Below, one piece after another: positions 1-11,850 of a DNA stretch of 64,000 nucleotides. The position numbers and the translations under genes were made by a program. How positions within the stretch are numbered: the first letter of the stretch is position 1; each line of letters opens with the position of its first letter. Origin of the DNA: Saccostrea cucullata. Taxonomy: Eukaryota. The stretch is from contig NW_026939872.1 in the NCBI RefSeq assembly GCF_032062105.1, forward strand, positions 1-64,000, in the 5' to 3' direction. The notes under the pieces were generated by a model, which saw nothing but the letters and a program-made list of their open reading frames with translations, had not been told where the DNA came from and did not search any database.

Positions 1-699
1 ACGCTTCACATATAAAATGAAAATGAACATCAGCTGCAAGATTTTCAGAGAAAAAGTATTTATTTATCTATACATATGGCCGTTATGGTTTTAAAACATA
101 TTATGTATATATAATATACGGTCCAACAACAAACCCTCATATGTAAATCTGTGAAATCTTTTAATATTGTAGGAGGGGGGTACTGAAAATGCGCGTAGCT
201 TTAAAATGAATCCGATAACCTTACTTCATATTTTAACCATAAGTCACTTATAATGACTAGTACAGCATATATTAGTGTTGGGAATATTAATTGGGTAATT
301 TTCTGTCTAGACGTTAAAAACTGCTGTCAGGGTGAAAATATTACTGCAAATTTACAATTAATACTTCCCCAAAAAACAATGGCATTACTACATCTATCAA
401 CAGTTACCGAAACAATTTTTATTTTCAATAAATATAAAGCTTATTATCAAATATCTGCAGGAAATTATTAAATTTATTTCAATTTTGTTGCGCGTATGGC
501 ATAATAAAACATTCACCTCATAAATATAAAAAAAAATTAGAAAATGGTGGTTACCATGGCAACCATAACTTCTTTATAATCCCGAAAACCATGGTTGATA
601 CTTTGATATTATGGTATCATTGACATAAGGCACATTATATGTAAAAATGAGAAAAATTCATCGGGCGGAATTTTTACACGGACCGTTGCAATCCTTTCC

Positions 700-1200
700 T
701 TAACTTTTCTCTCCTCAACTTTCCTTACTTATGCAGCAAAATATATTCATCGCCTGTTTACGGAAAAAATATATTTCAGTTGATTTGATACGCAAGAGCA
801 TGCTCTACTTATGAACAACTTCTTAAACGATGTTAATTATTGACGAACAAGATAATGAAACATGAATATCAGCAGTTTTGTTTAAGGTCATCATTTCTTA
901 AGTTCTTTGGTAGATACAATGACCTTTTCAGCAAACACAATTTATCATTGATGGACGTTTTTATACTAATTGTTAGTCTATTATCTATAACTGAATTGAC
1001 GACGGATTTTTCCGTTCTTTCCCAATCATGACAAGGGGCACATGTGGATGTGACCGGTCGGCAGAAAATACTCACTCTTCTTTGGAACTTTATTTAACCT
1101 CTGATGTTTCGGAGGTCCGTGTTTGCTCTGTCCCTATTTTGTAAGTTTTATGAACTTCGATATTCAGTGTTGTTCGTTATCTCGATTTACCTCATTCTTC
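700..1200 (+). mobile_element. 3' fragment of a Penelope-like retroelement (RT C-terminus plus conserved 3' tail)
   Basis: Degenerate translation NFPYLCSKI..YARACSTYEQ..LTNKIMKHEYQQ..SSFLKFFGRYNDL continues the RT seen at 41460-42110. It is followed by the tail GTGACCGGTCGG..GGAGGTCCGTGTTTGCTC shared with three other copies. Confidence 0.6.
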
Positions 1201-2024
1201 AGTGCTATAAAATATGGTATCCCCCTCATTGCCGACAAATTATTTACAAAGTATTCTAACTTAAATATAGATATATGCGTTGCAAAAAATAAATATTAAT
1301 TACAGACAAGATATCAAGACTATGAAGTTGATACAACTCCATGTTCGGATTTACAATCTTACAAGTCTGCATTTTAAAACGATTACCCTCCGTTTATGGG
1401 TTTTATTAGAGTATCAACAAGAAGGATGTTTTTCGTAAAATGAGCGATAACTCAGTTCAATAGTCTTTTATGTATGTTTCTTTTTACACTTAGTATATTC
1501 CACAATTGTCAAAATATGAAAATATGAAGCATTTTCTCTTGTTTGTTTGTCTTACCAAAATATTTGGGGTTTTTATAATGTTTGATCAATATTTCACTTT
1601 GTATTTTTCCTTTTAATTATAAGCAGTTTTTAAAATCAATTTCAAACTGTTGAGATTATTAAATGTGCGATTGATAAGCACCCTTTTCAAATGACATTTA
1701 AAAATGGCCACTTGTTAAACGCTCCAGTCTGGCAAAATATATGTTTGTGCAAAAGAGTTTGTACAATCTATTCAAAAATCATTCAATCGGTTTATTCTTT
1801 ACCGAATGATAGGTTTATACACCTGAAACGAATATTTTAATATTCTGGATGGCTTAACAGCGAGTATCGAAAAATTCATGTTACCCTTAGCTTTCAATTG
1901 AAGGTTTGTATTTTTGTTTATTAGCGTCCATGACATTTCATATAACGATAGAGAAACTTACTAATAAAAAAACACGTTTTCTTTAAATGTAATGGTAAAC
2001 TTGAAAATTTAAGGAATCACTGTC

Positions 2025-2210
2025 TAGTTTTGAGAGTATGCCAGGTCATCAACAATAGTGGGAAACATGGGATAATTTGCATAACGGGCGATGAGTAAAA
2101 TAGTAACACTTCACATTAGTTTTGAGAGTATGCCAGGTCATCAACAATAGTGGGAAACATGGGATAATTTGCATAACGGGCGATGAGTAAAATAGTAACA
2201 CTTCACATTA
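2025..2210. repeat. Perfect 92-bp tandem duplication
   Basis: TAGTTTTGAGAGTATGCC...AACACTTCACAT starts at both 2025 and 2117. Confidence 0.95.
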
Positions 2211-2323
2211 ATAATTAAGAATAAAAGCTGAAATGAGATTAACAACGTTATTGTTTTAAGATTTTAGAAGTAATTTGTGACGCTAAAAGTGACGTATTAA
2301 TCGTTTGTATGTTCAAGACGTCC

Positions 2324-2583
2324 AGGAACGTAGCAACAGGGGGAGGGGGGGGGGGGTTGGGGGGGGGCAAGGGGCTGCCCCCACCTTTTACCCAACCTTA
2401 CTTATACTATAGGAAATGATATTTGAAAGTCTTGTTTTACCCACCCACCCCCACACACACACACTTTTAGTGATGTACCAAAAATGTAGTATAAGATTTT
2501 TGTTTCTGCTTGTCAATCTTTTTCAGGTAAATAATATCTTTGCCCCCCCCCCCCCTGCACTTTTGAAAACGATGCTACGTGCC
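2324..2583. mobile_element. hAT-like MITE
   Basis: Imperfect TIRs GGAACGTAGCA / TGCTACGTGCC with G-run and C-run subterminal tracts, flanked by the 8-bp direct repeat AGACGTCC (2316-2323, 2584-2591). Confidence 0.6.
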
Positions 2584-3794
2584 AGACGTCCATTGATATT
2601 AAACTAAAAGCTGTAGTAAGAACGTTTAAAGAAACATACTAGGAATCTAAACATTGCTATGTTTTCGAAGAAAAAGTCACCTGTGCCGAAAATTCATCTG
2701 CAAGTGTATGTAGTATACCGCAATATGGTAATTTTAGAAAAATTGGGTATTGTAAAAAAAACTTTGCAAATAATGCCCAGGCCAACCTAGATGGTGAACT
2801 TTTTTAAAATATCACAATTTGGTGTCATCTACCATAAGGAAAAAAATCCCTGGAACAGAAATACAAAAATAAGGGAAAAAAGAATGTGGCGCTTTTCCAA
2901 AAATTTCATGAAGGGTCCAATATAAAAATTTTGAAACTTTTACCCCCAGAGAAATAGGGAATGGTAAATGGTAAACATTCGCTTTTTCGTTCTTAAAACA
3001 CTAAATATGACATTAAATTATTTTTTACGAAAAAATCATCAAAATATCTAGGGTAGTAAAAAAAAATAAATTCGCCCTCGTTAAATAAATTTGCATATAT
3101 AGCAAATATATGGACTTAAAGTGGGTTTTAAAAACTAGTTTTGATCCCAGTGCAACTGCATCAAAATTTACCTTTTCTGAAGTTTATGAATTCAGTTTTA
3201 AAAAGATGTGTTGGTGAAACACTGTGCCCCCGTCGGCAACAAAGTTCTAAAAAGCTATTATTAGCATAAAGGTTACAGTCAAAGTCACAAGGTCATTGTC
3301 GTTTGAAAGCACTTAATTAGTGAAGTAGGCATACCAAATATAAAGTCTCTATCTCCTTTGATTCAAAAGTTCTACCGAAAGTTCGAAAAATCTATTTTTA
3401 GCATATAGGCCACAGTCAAGGTCAAAAGGTCATTGTCCTTGGTGTCAGTTGAAAGTGCTTATTTAGTGGAGTATGCATTTTAAATATGAAGTCTCTATCT
3501 CGATCTGTTCAAAAGTTATTCAAACTCCAAGGTCAAGGTCAAGAGGTCAAATTTAATGGTACCCAAAGAAAGGTCATAAAAATATATATATTTTCCTAAA
3601 CCACTGACATTGTTTGTATTCAAAATCAACTCTCAGAATTGCGATTGATCGAAACCGCACATACATATATGAAAAGTAGATCAATGTTTTAAAACAATAC
3701 TTATAATAGGACGGTAAGATTTACTGACAAAATATTGGTTTATGTTGTAGATCAAAGATCACACGTTATGTAACAAAAACAAAAAGACAGAGCC

Positions 3795-4422
3795 ATGTCT
3801 TTATCAAAATACACATCAACACCGGAGACCACAAACACTGCTCGGCTGGCGAGACTCATACTGGGTCCCTGTACTGATGTGTTACGTGAAATTCTAAAAA
3901 AGGAAATTCCCCCGTCTGATTTATCTAAAGAAGTGAAGCAATGGATTGATGATCTTAAGAAAAACAAAAAACGCAACCCTCTGAATCCATCACAAAATGA
4001 CATTGTTTTCCCCTCACCGACAAACCAGTATGGGGGAGACTACTCAGATCTGGACATATCTATCTTGTACACCATTCTTCGAAATGTCGGTAAAATACCT
4101 CAACATTCTAAGGGTTGGGGCGAGAATCCAGATCCCGCTGACAGAAGTGTTGCTGCCAACATCGAAAGGGTTCGATTTCTTCGGAACAAATACTACGGCC
4201 ATTCTGCCGATATATCTCTTTCCGACTCAGAATTTAAACAGGAATGGCGGAACATCCGGGATATCGTTGTAGAATTGGAGAGAGATCTTGGGAGTTCTAC
4301 ATTTTATCAGGATTCAGTGACGGATATCAAAATTTGCTCAATGGACCCTGAAACAGAACAGAAGTACATTGAGAAACTGGATAAAGTCGACGAGTTATAT
4401 TCTACAATCTCGAATTTTTCAG
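3795..4422 (+). CDS. Gene 1 coding exon 1: DZIP3-type HEPN domain
   Basis: ORF with DLDISILYTILRN, GWG and IERVRFLRNKYYGH (HEPN Rx4-6H motif). Donor AG|GTACAC at 4422/4423, phase 1, 628 nt. The paralogue exon has identical length. Confidence 0.85.
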
Positions 4423-4766
4423 GTACACAGTACACATAAATAATTAAATAAGAAGAAAACATTTGATTTTCTTGAAGACTTGATGCAAATAATTTTATTC
4501 TTAAATATCATAAAATTTGTTCATGTTTTTATAGATGATATATATAAAATCACAGGATGGATTTCATGTTTTTCATTAATATTTTACCAAAATATCATTT
4601 AGTGTTGTAAAGATTAATAAGATTGCCTGCAAAAGGTAAAATTAATAAATCATTAAAAAATCTACAATCTCTGAATATTGTCAAAATGGGATATTTATCT
4701 AATCTAAAATGTACTTTCAACGAATGGCCTATCCATTGGTGTTATCATACTTTATTATTATTTTAG

Positions 4767-4808
4767 ACAGCATGAAGAATATTAAAGAAAATCTTACAAA
4801 GCTTCGAG
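4767..4808 (+). CDS. Gene 1 micro-exon 2 (42 nt; DSMKNIKENLTKLR, helical/coiled-coil-like linker)
   Basis: TTTTAG acceptor, G|GTGAGT donor, phase 1-1, open frame. A 42-nt counterpart exists in gene 2. Confidence 0.75.
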
Positions 4809-6334
4809 GTGAGTATTGTGAAAATTCATTTATGACATTATTTCTTTGGCAATAAGACATGAAATTATTTAAACTCACTGTCCATATAATGTCCTTAATG
4901 GTCCATGGTTAAAAGTCTTTATATATTACATATAGCAACAGCATTAATCAACTAGGGAGTCTGCTATTGCAAGCAATAGCGTATGTCGCCCCGAACTGGT
5001 TTTATTGTCCCTCGATTTCACGAGAGTGAGGGGACAATGGAACTCATTCATCTACAAGTCTGTCCGATTGTCACAAATATTTACCTTGACCATTATATTT
5101 GATTCAGTGGAGCTATGACTTTCATATCTCATATGTGTATCCCTTGTGACAAGACTTTTGATACCAAAAACTTTTACCCTTTGACCTAGACCTTGGAGAA
5201 CACATGCGCACTTATTAACCTGTTTTTCTTGTTCGTTTCTATGGCAAATGTTAGCGACTAATTACTATTATTTTAAAAAAAGAAATCACTTTGACACATT
5301 ACAAGAAATTATTATTTAAAGTTTCAAAACGATTGCTTTAGTAGTTATTGGGGAAATCGAATTTGAAGAATTTCACTTTTTCCTGCTTCCATGGCAACAA
5401 TCGATTATTTGCGAGACGAACAAGAGCATGCAATAACGTATAAACAATTTCATTTATATTACAAAGTTTATGATGAAAGCAAGTTGATGAAAGAGAACAC
5501 TCATCGTTTAAAAAAGTCGTAAATTTTTGCACGTTCCAATGGCAACCTTGTAGCAAATACAATTTATCATTGAATGAAATGCTGACTGCAAAACCAATTG
5601 TTATCATTATTTATAAATTTTGACCACGGATTTTTTCCGTTATTTCCTGATTATGACAACGAGCACACGGCAAACAAACTGTTTAGGCGTACAGTAGCAA
5701 TAAATCGCCCAACTTTGTTCGGGGAGACAAGTCAATTTATAATAAAAATAATTTATTGACAAATATTAGTGAAATTGTGCAACCCCAATGTGTCTGTATT
5801 TTTACCATATCCTCTTTATTGATTGACTGTGGGGAAATCGAATTTGAAGAATTTCACTTTTTCCTATCCATGGCATACAATCGATTATTGATGACCAGAG
5901 AAATAACAAATTTAAACATTTTTGCACATAAATGACAAAAATATTATTTTGAAACTGAAAGTTATCACTGCAAACTAATCATAACCAGCGATCATCTTAG
6001 GAAAAATATAATTTGTTTCAAGAAGATTGCCCAACCATTTTTTTCATATATAAATTTTGCTAACAAACTTATTAGGCGTATAATCAATTTACAAATATTT
6101 AAAGTAAATTTGGAAAAATAAAAAAGAATAAATAAACATTAATGAATATTATTGAAAAACCTAAAAATGCCTTGTGTTTAATCTCATATATTGACTGCAT
6201 TTTATACTGAAGGAATCTGATTACAATTTACAGTAATAAAAATATTTTAAAATTAAAAATGTACACATCAACACTGGTAACTCAGAGCACTCAAATCAGA
6301 TTGAAATTTTATTTTGACCCTTTTTCTCTTTCAG

Positions 6335-6358
6335 ATCCAAAACTTGAAAAAGAAATTG
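6335..6358 (+). CDS. Gene 1 micro-exon 3 (24 nt; DPKLEKEI)
   Basis: Polypyrimidine tract + CAG acceptor, G|GTATGT donor, phase 1-1. Nearly identical to the gene 2 exon NPKLEKEV. Confidence 0.85.
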
Positions 6359-6779
6359 GTATGTATACTTATTATCAACCTGTATGTATACTTCACTTTC
6401 TCGAACACGGCTTAATTGTCAAAGTGAAACCGAGGTCTCGGCCGTTTTTACTATATACATGTAAATGACAAAAAAAATCTCAAATATCTCAAACACAGAA
6501 CTGGTAAACATGCTATCTTTTGAAGTTTTAATTTTTCTCTCCTGGGTCATATTTAGCAATCAATCTAAGCGCAAGTCTAACACGATCAAGGATGCCTCTT
6601 CCAATATAGTGAATTTCATGGCCCCCGGTAAAAGGTTCTTTTGTTAATGTAGGGTTCTTTTGATAATATAGTAGAATTGGTTGTTTCTTTAAGTGTGATC
6701 TGTTTAAGAAGGTAAAGTGCATAGTTATGATGATCACAGTGTAAAATCTTCTGTTGGGACAAGGCTCTGGGTTTTAAGG

Positions 6780-6946
6780 GGGGTAGTACAACAGTTTCTG
6801 TGACACGTGATGTCGGTTAATACTGTCTAATCCGAAGGACAAGTTTCCTTGTCCAACGGTGGGATTCGAACCCGTGACGTAAGGATCAACTTCTTACTTC
6901 GCAACTCAATAGCAGATGCTCTTACCACTTCGCCACACAGGCGACT
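6780..6946 (-). mobile_element. tRNA-derived SINE-like element in gene 1 intron 3
   Basis: Minus strand has A box TGGCGAAGTGG and B box GGTTCGAATCC followed by a non-tRNA tail. No clean cloverleaf is evident. Confidence 0.55.
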
Positions 6947-7089
6947 AAACAAGAATGATATGCTATCATGTTATAATTTTTGAAAACTATATTGGCTTGG
7001 AATTTTATTTATGTTTTCATAAAATTTAACAAAACATGTATAAGTTTTGTAATATTTTCCTTAATCTTCCGTTTTCTTTATTTGATTAG

Positions 7090-8723
7090 ATTCCAGCAGA
7101 ATTATGATTGAAAGACATGAACAGGACATGACAAATACATTTGTTGAAATAAGAGCTTTAGAGAGAGCAAAACAACTATTAGAGGAGAATAGTTATGTTA
7201 TCATAAAGGGTAACCCTGGCTCGGGGAAAACAACACTTGCTAAATGGTTATTAAAGATATTAATGGATAATGGAAAACGCCCACTTCAGCTCTTTAAGGT
7301 CTCTAAACTTTATGGCAGAGTGACAGCAGATGATAACATTGCAGTCTTCATAGACAATCTGTTTGGTGAATTCTCGTTTTCAAGTACTGAGTTCAACGAA
7401 TTTATCAATAAAAAAGAATTAATCGAATCTGTTTTAAAATCTTGCGAGAACAGATCGGGAAATGTTTTACTTTTGACAATCAGGAATGATATTTACATGG
7501 AAGTGGTCGAGAAACAAAAGTCCAATCCCTTCTTCTGTACCTCTGTGACCGATTTATCAAGTGGTGAATATGCTTTACAAACGAACGAAATAGAAATGTT
7601 TCTCAAAAAATATGGTTTAACTGCAGAAGGCAAGGATGAAGATATGAAAGAAAAACCCTCTGAATTATATCGAACACTGGGATTTCCTCAGTGTTGTAGC
7701 TTAGCACGTGAAAATCCAGAGTTTGGAAAAAATATTTTAACTTTTTTTAATGATCCTCATCTGTATCTTAAAGACTACATTGACACCCAGATAAAAGAAA
7801 AACATGCTAAAACTGCTGTACTTATATACATATTACTGAAAGGTGGTCAAGTGGAAGCGGCGATCTTAGAAAATCCAAAGGATCGGGAAGCTAAAATTGT
7901 TGCTTTAGGAATGCTTGATTTAGGGCGTTCATCATTTGGCCAATTTCAAAAGAGCATTTATTCATATAAAGGTTTCTTAACAAAACATGACAAAATAAAT
8001 AATGCGTTCGTGTTTTCGCACAGTTCTGTTCAGGAGGCACTATTCAAAGAGATGTTTGTTGCATTTCCAGAGGATATAACACGCAATTGTCATCATTCCT
8101 TGCTTCGGAGTTTAACCACAAATATAAATCCAAAAAGTACACAGAATGTCGTAGAGAAGGAAATGTTTGAAATTGTCGCCAGTCGGATCGAACAAATTTT
8201 GAAGAAAGGTTCAGACTCAGGATTCCGTTCGGTATCTGTTTTGGAGCTTTGGAATGATTCAGACTTTTACAATCATGTTCTCAAAAATGAGTTATGTATT
8301 GAATATATTATAAAACAGGTCGATTCCAAAGGAAATGGAATGATAGTACATTTCGCAAAGGCAGGGAATATAGATTGGGTTCGTAAACTGCTGCAGATCT
8401 CAGATGAATCACAAAAGTATCGCTCGCTAAATGCTGCATCTGCAGAAAATCAACAAAGCGCTGTTAGGATTATTTTATCTAGCAGAGTGAAATCTGATCT
8501 AACAACTTGCTTTCACGCAATACATGGTGGAAATGTGGACCTATTCATGGAATTATGCGAATCAGTAGACGCACTTCAAACTTCTTTCTCTCTTCATCCA
8601 AATTGTTCCAACACCAACAACAGTTTACTTCACGAGGTTTGTTCAATGGGGCAATTACGATTTGTGGAACCTTTGTTGAGTCGTTATCCAAAACTTAAGG
8701 ACATAAAAAAACAATTTCGGTGA
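7090..8723 (+). CDS. Gene 1 exon 4, 5' part: nSTAND3-type STAND NTPase, helical/winged-helix region and first ankyrin repeats
   Basis: TAG acceptor at 7087-7089 is in frame (DSSRIMIERH). Walker A GNPGSGKT, Walker B AVFIDNLFG, sensor-1 LLTIR, GxP motif GFPQCC, WHD-like FSHSSVQE. Confidence 0.85.
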
Positions 8724-8730
8724 AACAGCA

Positions 8731-11700
8731 ATGCATTCTGCTGCACAATCTGGAAATATCATTGTCTTCAATCTTCTATTAGAAGCCGGTTTAAATCCTT
8801 TAAATAGAAATTATAAAATGGAAACTGTTCTGACATGCGCTGTTAAACATGGAAAACTATCCATGGTAAAATTCTTGGTAAAACAATACCCAAGTTTATT
8901 GCACTACCATAGTTATTACCGTGGAACCACAATTTTACATCTGGCGGCCTTATCTGGAAATGTTGATCTTTTTGAATTTCTTACGGAACAGTACGAAAAT
9001 CTCTCGACCACACTTAAAAAACCAAATATAAGCGATCGAGATGAAGATGGCCTAAACGTATTACAATACGCATGTTCTGCTGGCCATCTTCAAATCAGTA
9101 AATTTTTAATATTTAAATATCCCCAGCTGCTTTCTGAGAAAGACAATTACGGAGAAGACGTGCTATACAAAGCAGCAGCAGGGGGTAATGTTGATTTGTT
9201 TCAATTCCTAATGAAAAAAGGATTGGATATGGAAAGCACAGCAAAAAACGGGAATAATGTATTGCATTCCTCTTTATACACAGATAAAGAAGACGTGTGT
9301 AGGTTCTTAGTTAACAACTTTCCCGACTTCATAAACAAGAGAAACAATGCGGGATGGACGGCCTTGCATTGTGCATATGAGGGTGGAAATGTCGGGCATT
9401 TAACTTTCCTTTCCGATAAAGGTTTGGATATCGATGCATTAACCAATTGTGGGAAATGTTCCCTTCATATTGCATGTTATAGTGCTAATTATGATGTAAG
9501 CAGGTATTTAGCTGAGAACTATACAAAATTTCTACATATTATTGATAAAAGAGGACACACAGTTTTGAATGATGCAAGCTTTGGAGGAAGCGTAGATATT
9601 TTCAAGCTTTTGATAACTAAAGGTTTAGACATCAACTGTGTAGACCACGACGGAAAGACAGTTCTTCATATCTGCTGTTCTAAGGGAAGAAAAGAAATGT
9701 GCGAATATCTGGTCGAGAATTTCCCAACTTTACTCGATATTAAAGATATCAATGGCTATACAGTTTTACACGATGCTTGTATTGGTGGAAGGGTTGATGT
9801 GGTGGATTTTCTGGTCACTAAAGGCATTGACATCAAAGCCGTGACAAACATTAAAACTTTGAATGAACACACCTATCCAAAAAATAGAGAAATGTCTCAG
9901 TCTTTGAAGAAATTTAAAAATATCAATGTCCTAGGAGGGAAAACGGTTTTACATATAAGTTGTTTATACTGTAGAGGACAGATATGTGAGTATTTGGTCC
10001 AACGTTACCCCCAGTTGATGGAGGTCAAGGACAATGCTGGTAACACAGCCTTACATGATGCATGTCTGGGTGGAAATGTTGGTATTTTGTCATTCCTTCT
10101 TAGAAAAGGTATGGATATCAATGCCTTAACGACCATTGGTAATTCAGTCCTTCATGCTTCATGCATCGGAGCTAAATATCATGTATGTGAGTATTTAGTT
10201 AACAACTTCCCACACTTACTGAATATTATTAACAAAGATGGTTACAAATGTTTGCACAGCTCAGCCGCTGGAGGTAACGTTGACATTTTGAAACTTTTAT
10301 TACGAAAAGGCATGGATATAAATTCCGTCGTAAAAAGTGGAAGAACAGTTCTAGGGATAAGCTGCAGTTTTGCTCGGTCAGAAATGTGTTATTTTCTTTC
10401 CGAAAATTTTGCCCATTTGAAAGACATCAAGGATAATGAGGGTCAAACCGCGTTACATGATGCATGTTGGGGTGGAGATGTGAATATTTTTACTTTTCTT
10501 CTTGAGAAAGGTTTAGATATCAATGTTTTGACAGACAGGAGAGAAACACTACTTCATATTGCATGTGAAAGTGGTAAATACTCCATATGTGAGTATCTTA
10601 TCTGCAACCACTCACACTTACTTAATCATAAGGATATTTATGGCTATACAGCTTTGCATTTAGCAGCGTCAAGTGGTAATATAAATGTCGTAAAACTTCT
10701 GAAAGAGAAAGGAGTGGATATAATGTCTACAGGTCTAAATGGTAAAACTGTATTGCATCTTTCAAGCATGAATAGTAGAAAAGAAATGTGCAAATATATT
10801 CTTGAACATTATCCTGAGCTCAAGGATACTAGGGATGAAGATGGTCACACAGCCCTTCATGATGCGTGTGAGGGTGGAGATGTGGACACTGTGTCGTTTT
10901 TACTTGACAGAGGTTTTGATATCAATGCATTGACGAATACTGGTGAGACTGTCCTACATTCTGCATGTTTCAATAGCAATTATTGTGTTTGCATGTTTTT
11001 ACTTGAGAATCATCCCCATTTACTTAATGTAAAAGACAATGGTGGAAACTCAGTAATGCACGACGCAGCGTCAAGAGGACATGTCAATATTTTAAAGAGT
11101 TTGATAACGAAAGGACGAATATCAATCAACTCACTAGAGAAAAACGGCAAGACCATTCTACATTTAGCCTGTCAATTTGGTAGAAAAGATATGTGCAAAT
11201 ATCTTATCCATAATTTTCCCCATTTAATGAAAATCTATGACATTGATGGTTATACCGCATTGCACGAAGCTTGTGCTAGTGGTGATGTGCCAATTTTTTC
11301 GATTCTTCTAGATAAAGGTATGGATATAAACGAGTTAGACAAATGGGGTTATTCTGTTCTTGACATCGCATGTTCAAATGGTAGATATAATATGTGCAAA
11401 CATTTAGTTAACAAATATAAAGAGTTACTACATATTCCACACCTTAATGGTTTTACAACTTTGCATAGCACGGCTTTAGGAGGCAATGTGGATATCCTTA
11501 AATTTCTGATACGAAAAGGAGTAGAATTCAACCCTGATATAGATGGGAAAACGGTTTTACATGTATGTTGTCTTCAGGGTAAGCAGGAGATGTGTGAGTA
11601 CCTGGTTGAGAATTATTCTTATTTAAAAGATGTTAAAGATAATTATGGTCATACGGCCTTGCACGACGCCTGCATTGGAGGAAAAGTAGGGATGGTCTGT

Positions 11701-11850
11701 TATCTTCTTAGCAAAGGGATGAATGTGAACGCTCTAACAAATTCTGGGCAATGTGTCTTACATCTGGCATATTACAATGGAAAGAAAGATGTATTTCATT
11801 ATTTAGTCAGCAACCATCCTCATTTAATCTTATGTTTATTTAAACATTAA
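8731..11850 (+). CDS. Gene 1 exon 4, 3' part: array of roughly 30 ankyrin repeats (separated from the 5' part by a 1-nt frameshift)
   Basis: 1039-aa ORF of GxTALH/GKTVLH repeats. Removing one A from 8705-8711 gives the continuous repeat LKDIKNNFGETAMHSAA. Confidence 0.9.
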   Translation: MHSAAQSGNIIVFNLLLEAGLNPLNRNYKMETVLTCAVKHGKLSMVKFLVKQYPSLLHYHSYYRGTTILHLAALSGNVDLFEFLTEQYENLSTTLKKPNISDRDEDGLNVLQYACSAGHLQISKFLIFKYPQLLSEKDNYGEDVLYKAAAGGNVDLFQFLMKKGLDMESTAKNGNNVLHSSLYTDKEDVCRFLVNNFPDFINKRNNAGWTALHCAYEGGNVGHLTFLSDKGLDIDALTNCGKCSLHIACYSANYDVSRYLAENYTKFLHIIDKRGHTVLNDASFGGSVDIFKLLITKGLDINCVDHDGKTVLHICCSKGRKEMCEYLVENFPTLLDIKDINGYTVLHDACIGGRVDVVDFLVTKGIDIKAVTNIKTLNEHTYPKNREMSQSLKKFKNINVLGGKTVLHISCLYCRGQICEYLVQRYPQLMEVKDNAGNTALHDACLGGNVGILSFLLRKGMDINALTTIGNSVLHASCIGAKYHVCEYLVNNFPHLLNIINKDGYKCLHSSAAGGNVDILKLLLRKGMDINSVVKSGRTVLGISCSFARSEMCYFLSENFAHLKDIKDNEGQTALHDACWGGDVNIFTFLLEKGLDINVLTDRRETLLHIACESGKYSICEYLICNHSHLLNHKDIYGYTALHLAASSGNINVVKLLKEKGVDIMSTGLNGKTVLHLSSMNSRKEMCKYILEHYPELKDTRDEDGHTALHDACEGGDVDTVSFLLDRGFDINALTNTGETVLHSACFNSNYCVCMFLLENHPHLLNVKDNGGNSVMHDAASRGHVNILKSLITKGRISINSLEKNGKTILHLACQFGRKDMCKYLIHNFPHLMKIYDIDGYTALHEACASGDVPIFSILLDKGMDINELDKWGYSVLDIACSNGRYNMCKHLVNKYKELLHIPHLNGFTTLHSTALGGNVDILKFLIRKGVEFNPDIDGKTVLHVCCLQGKQEMCEYLVENYSYLKDVKDNYGHTALHDACIGGKVGMVCYLLSKGMNVNALTNSGQCVLHLAYYNGKKDVFHYLVSNHPHLILCLFKH

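Noticed and set aside
1-703. Right end of a Kolobok-like element (…TTTCCTTAA)
   Set aside because: The partner terminus would lie outside the window, so it cannot be supported.
8703-8712. Programmed -1 ribosomal frameshift at the A-rich run
   Set aside because: Joining the ORFs needs a +1 shift; a -1 slip does not reach the ankyrin frame.
7104-11850. Bacterial operon or horizontally acquired Avs-like defence locus
   Set aside because: GT-AG introns with conserved phases and animal TEs inside the introns show a native eukaryotic gene.
8731-11850. Ankyrin-1/2/3 or PP6 regulatory ankyrin subunit orthologue
   Set aside because: No ZU5 or death domain, and the array is linked to a STAND NTPase. 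The similarity is generic repeat similarity, so no gene symbol was assigned.
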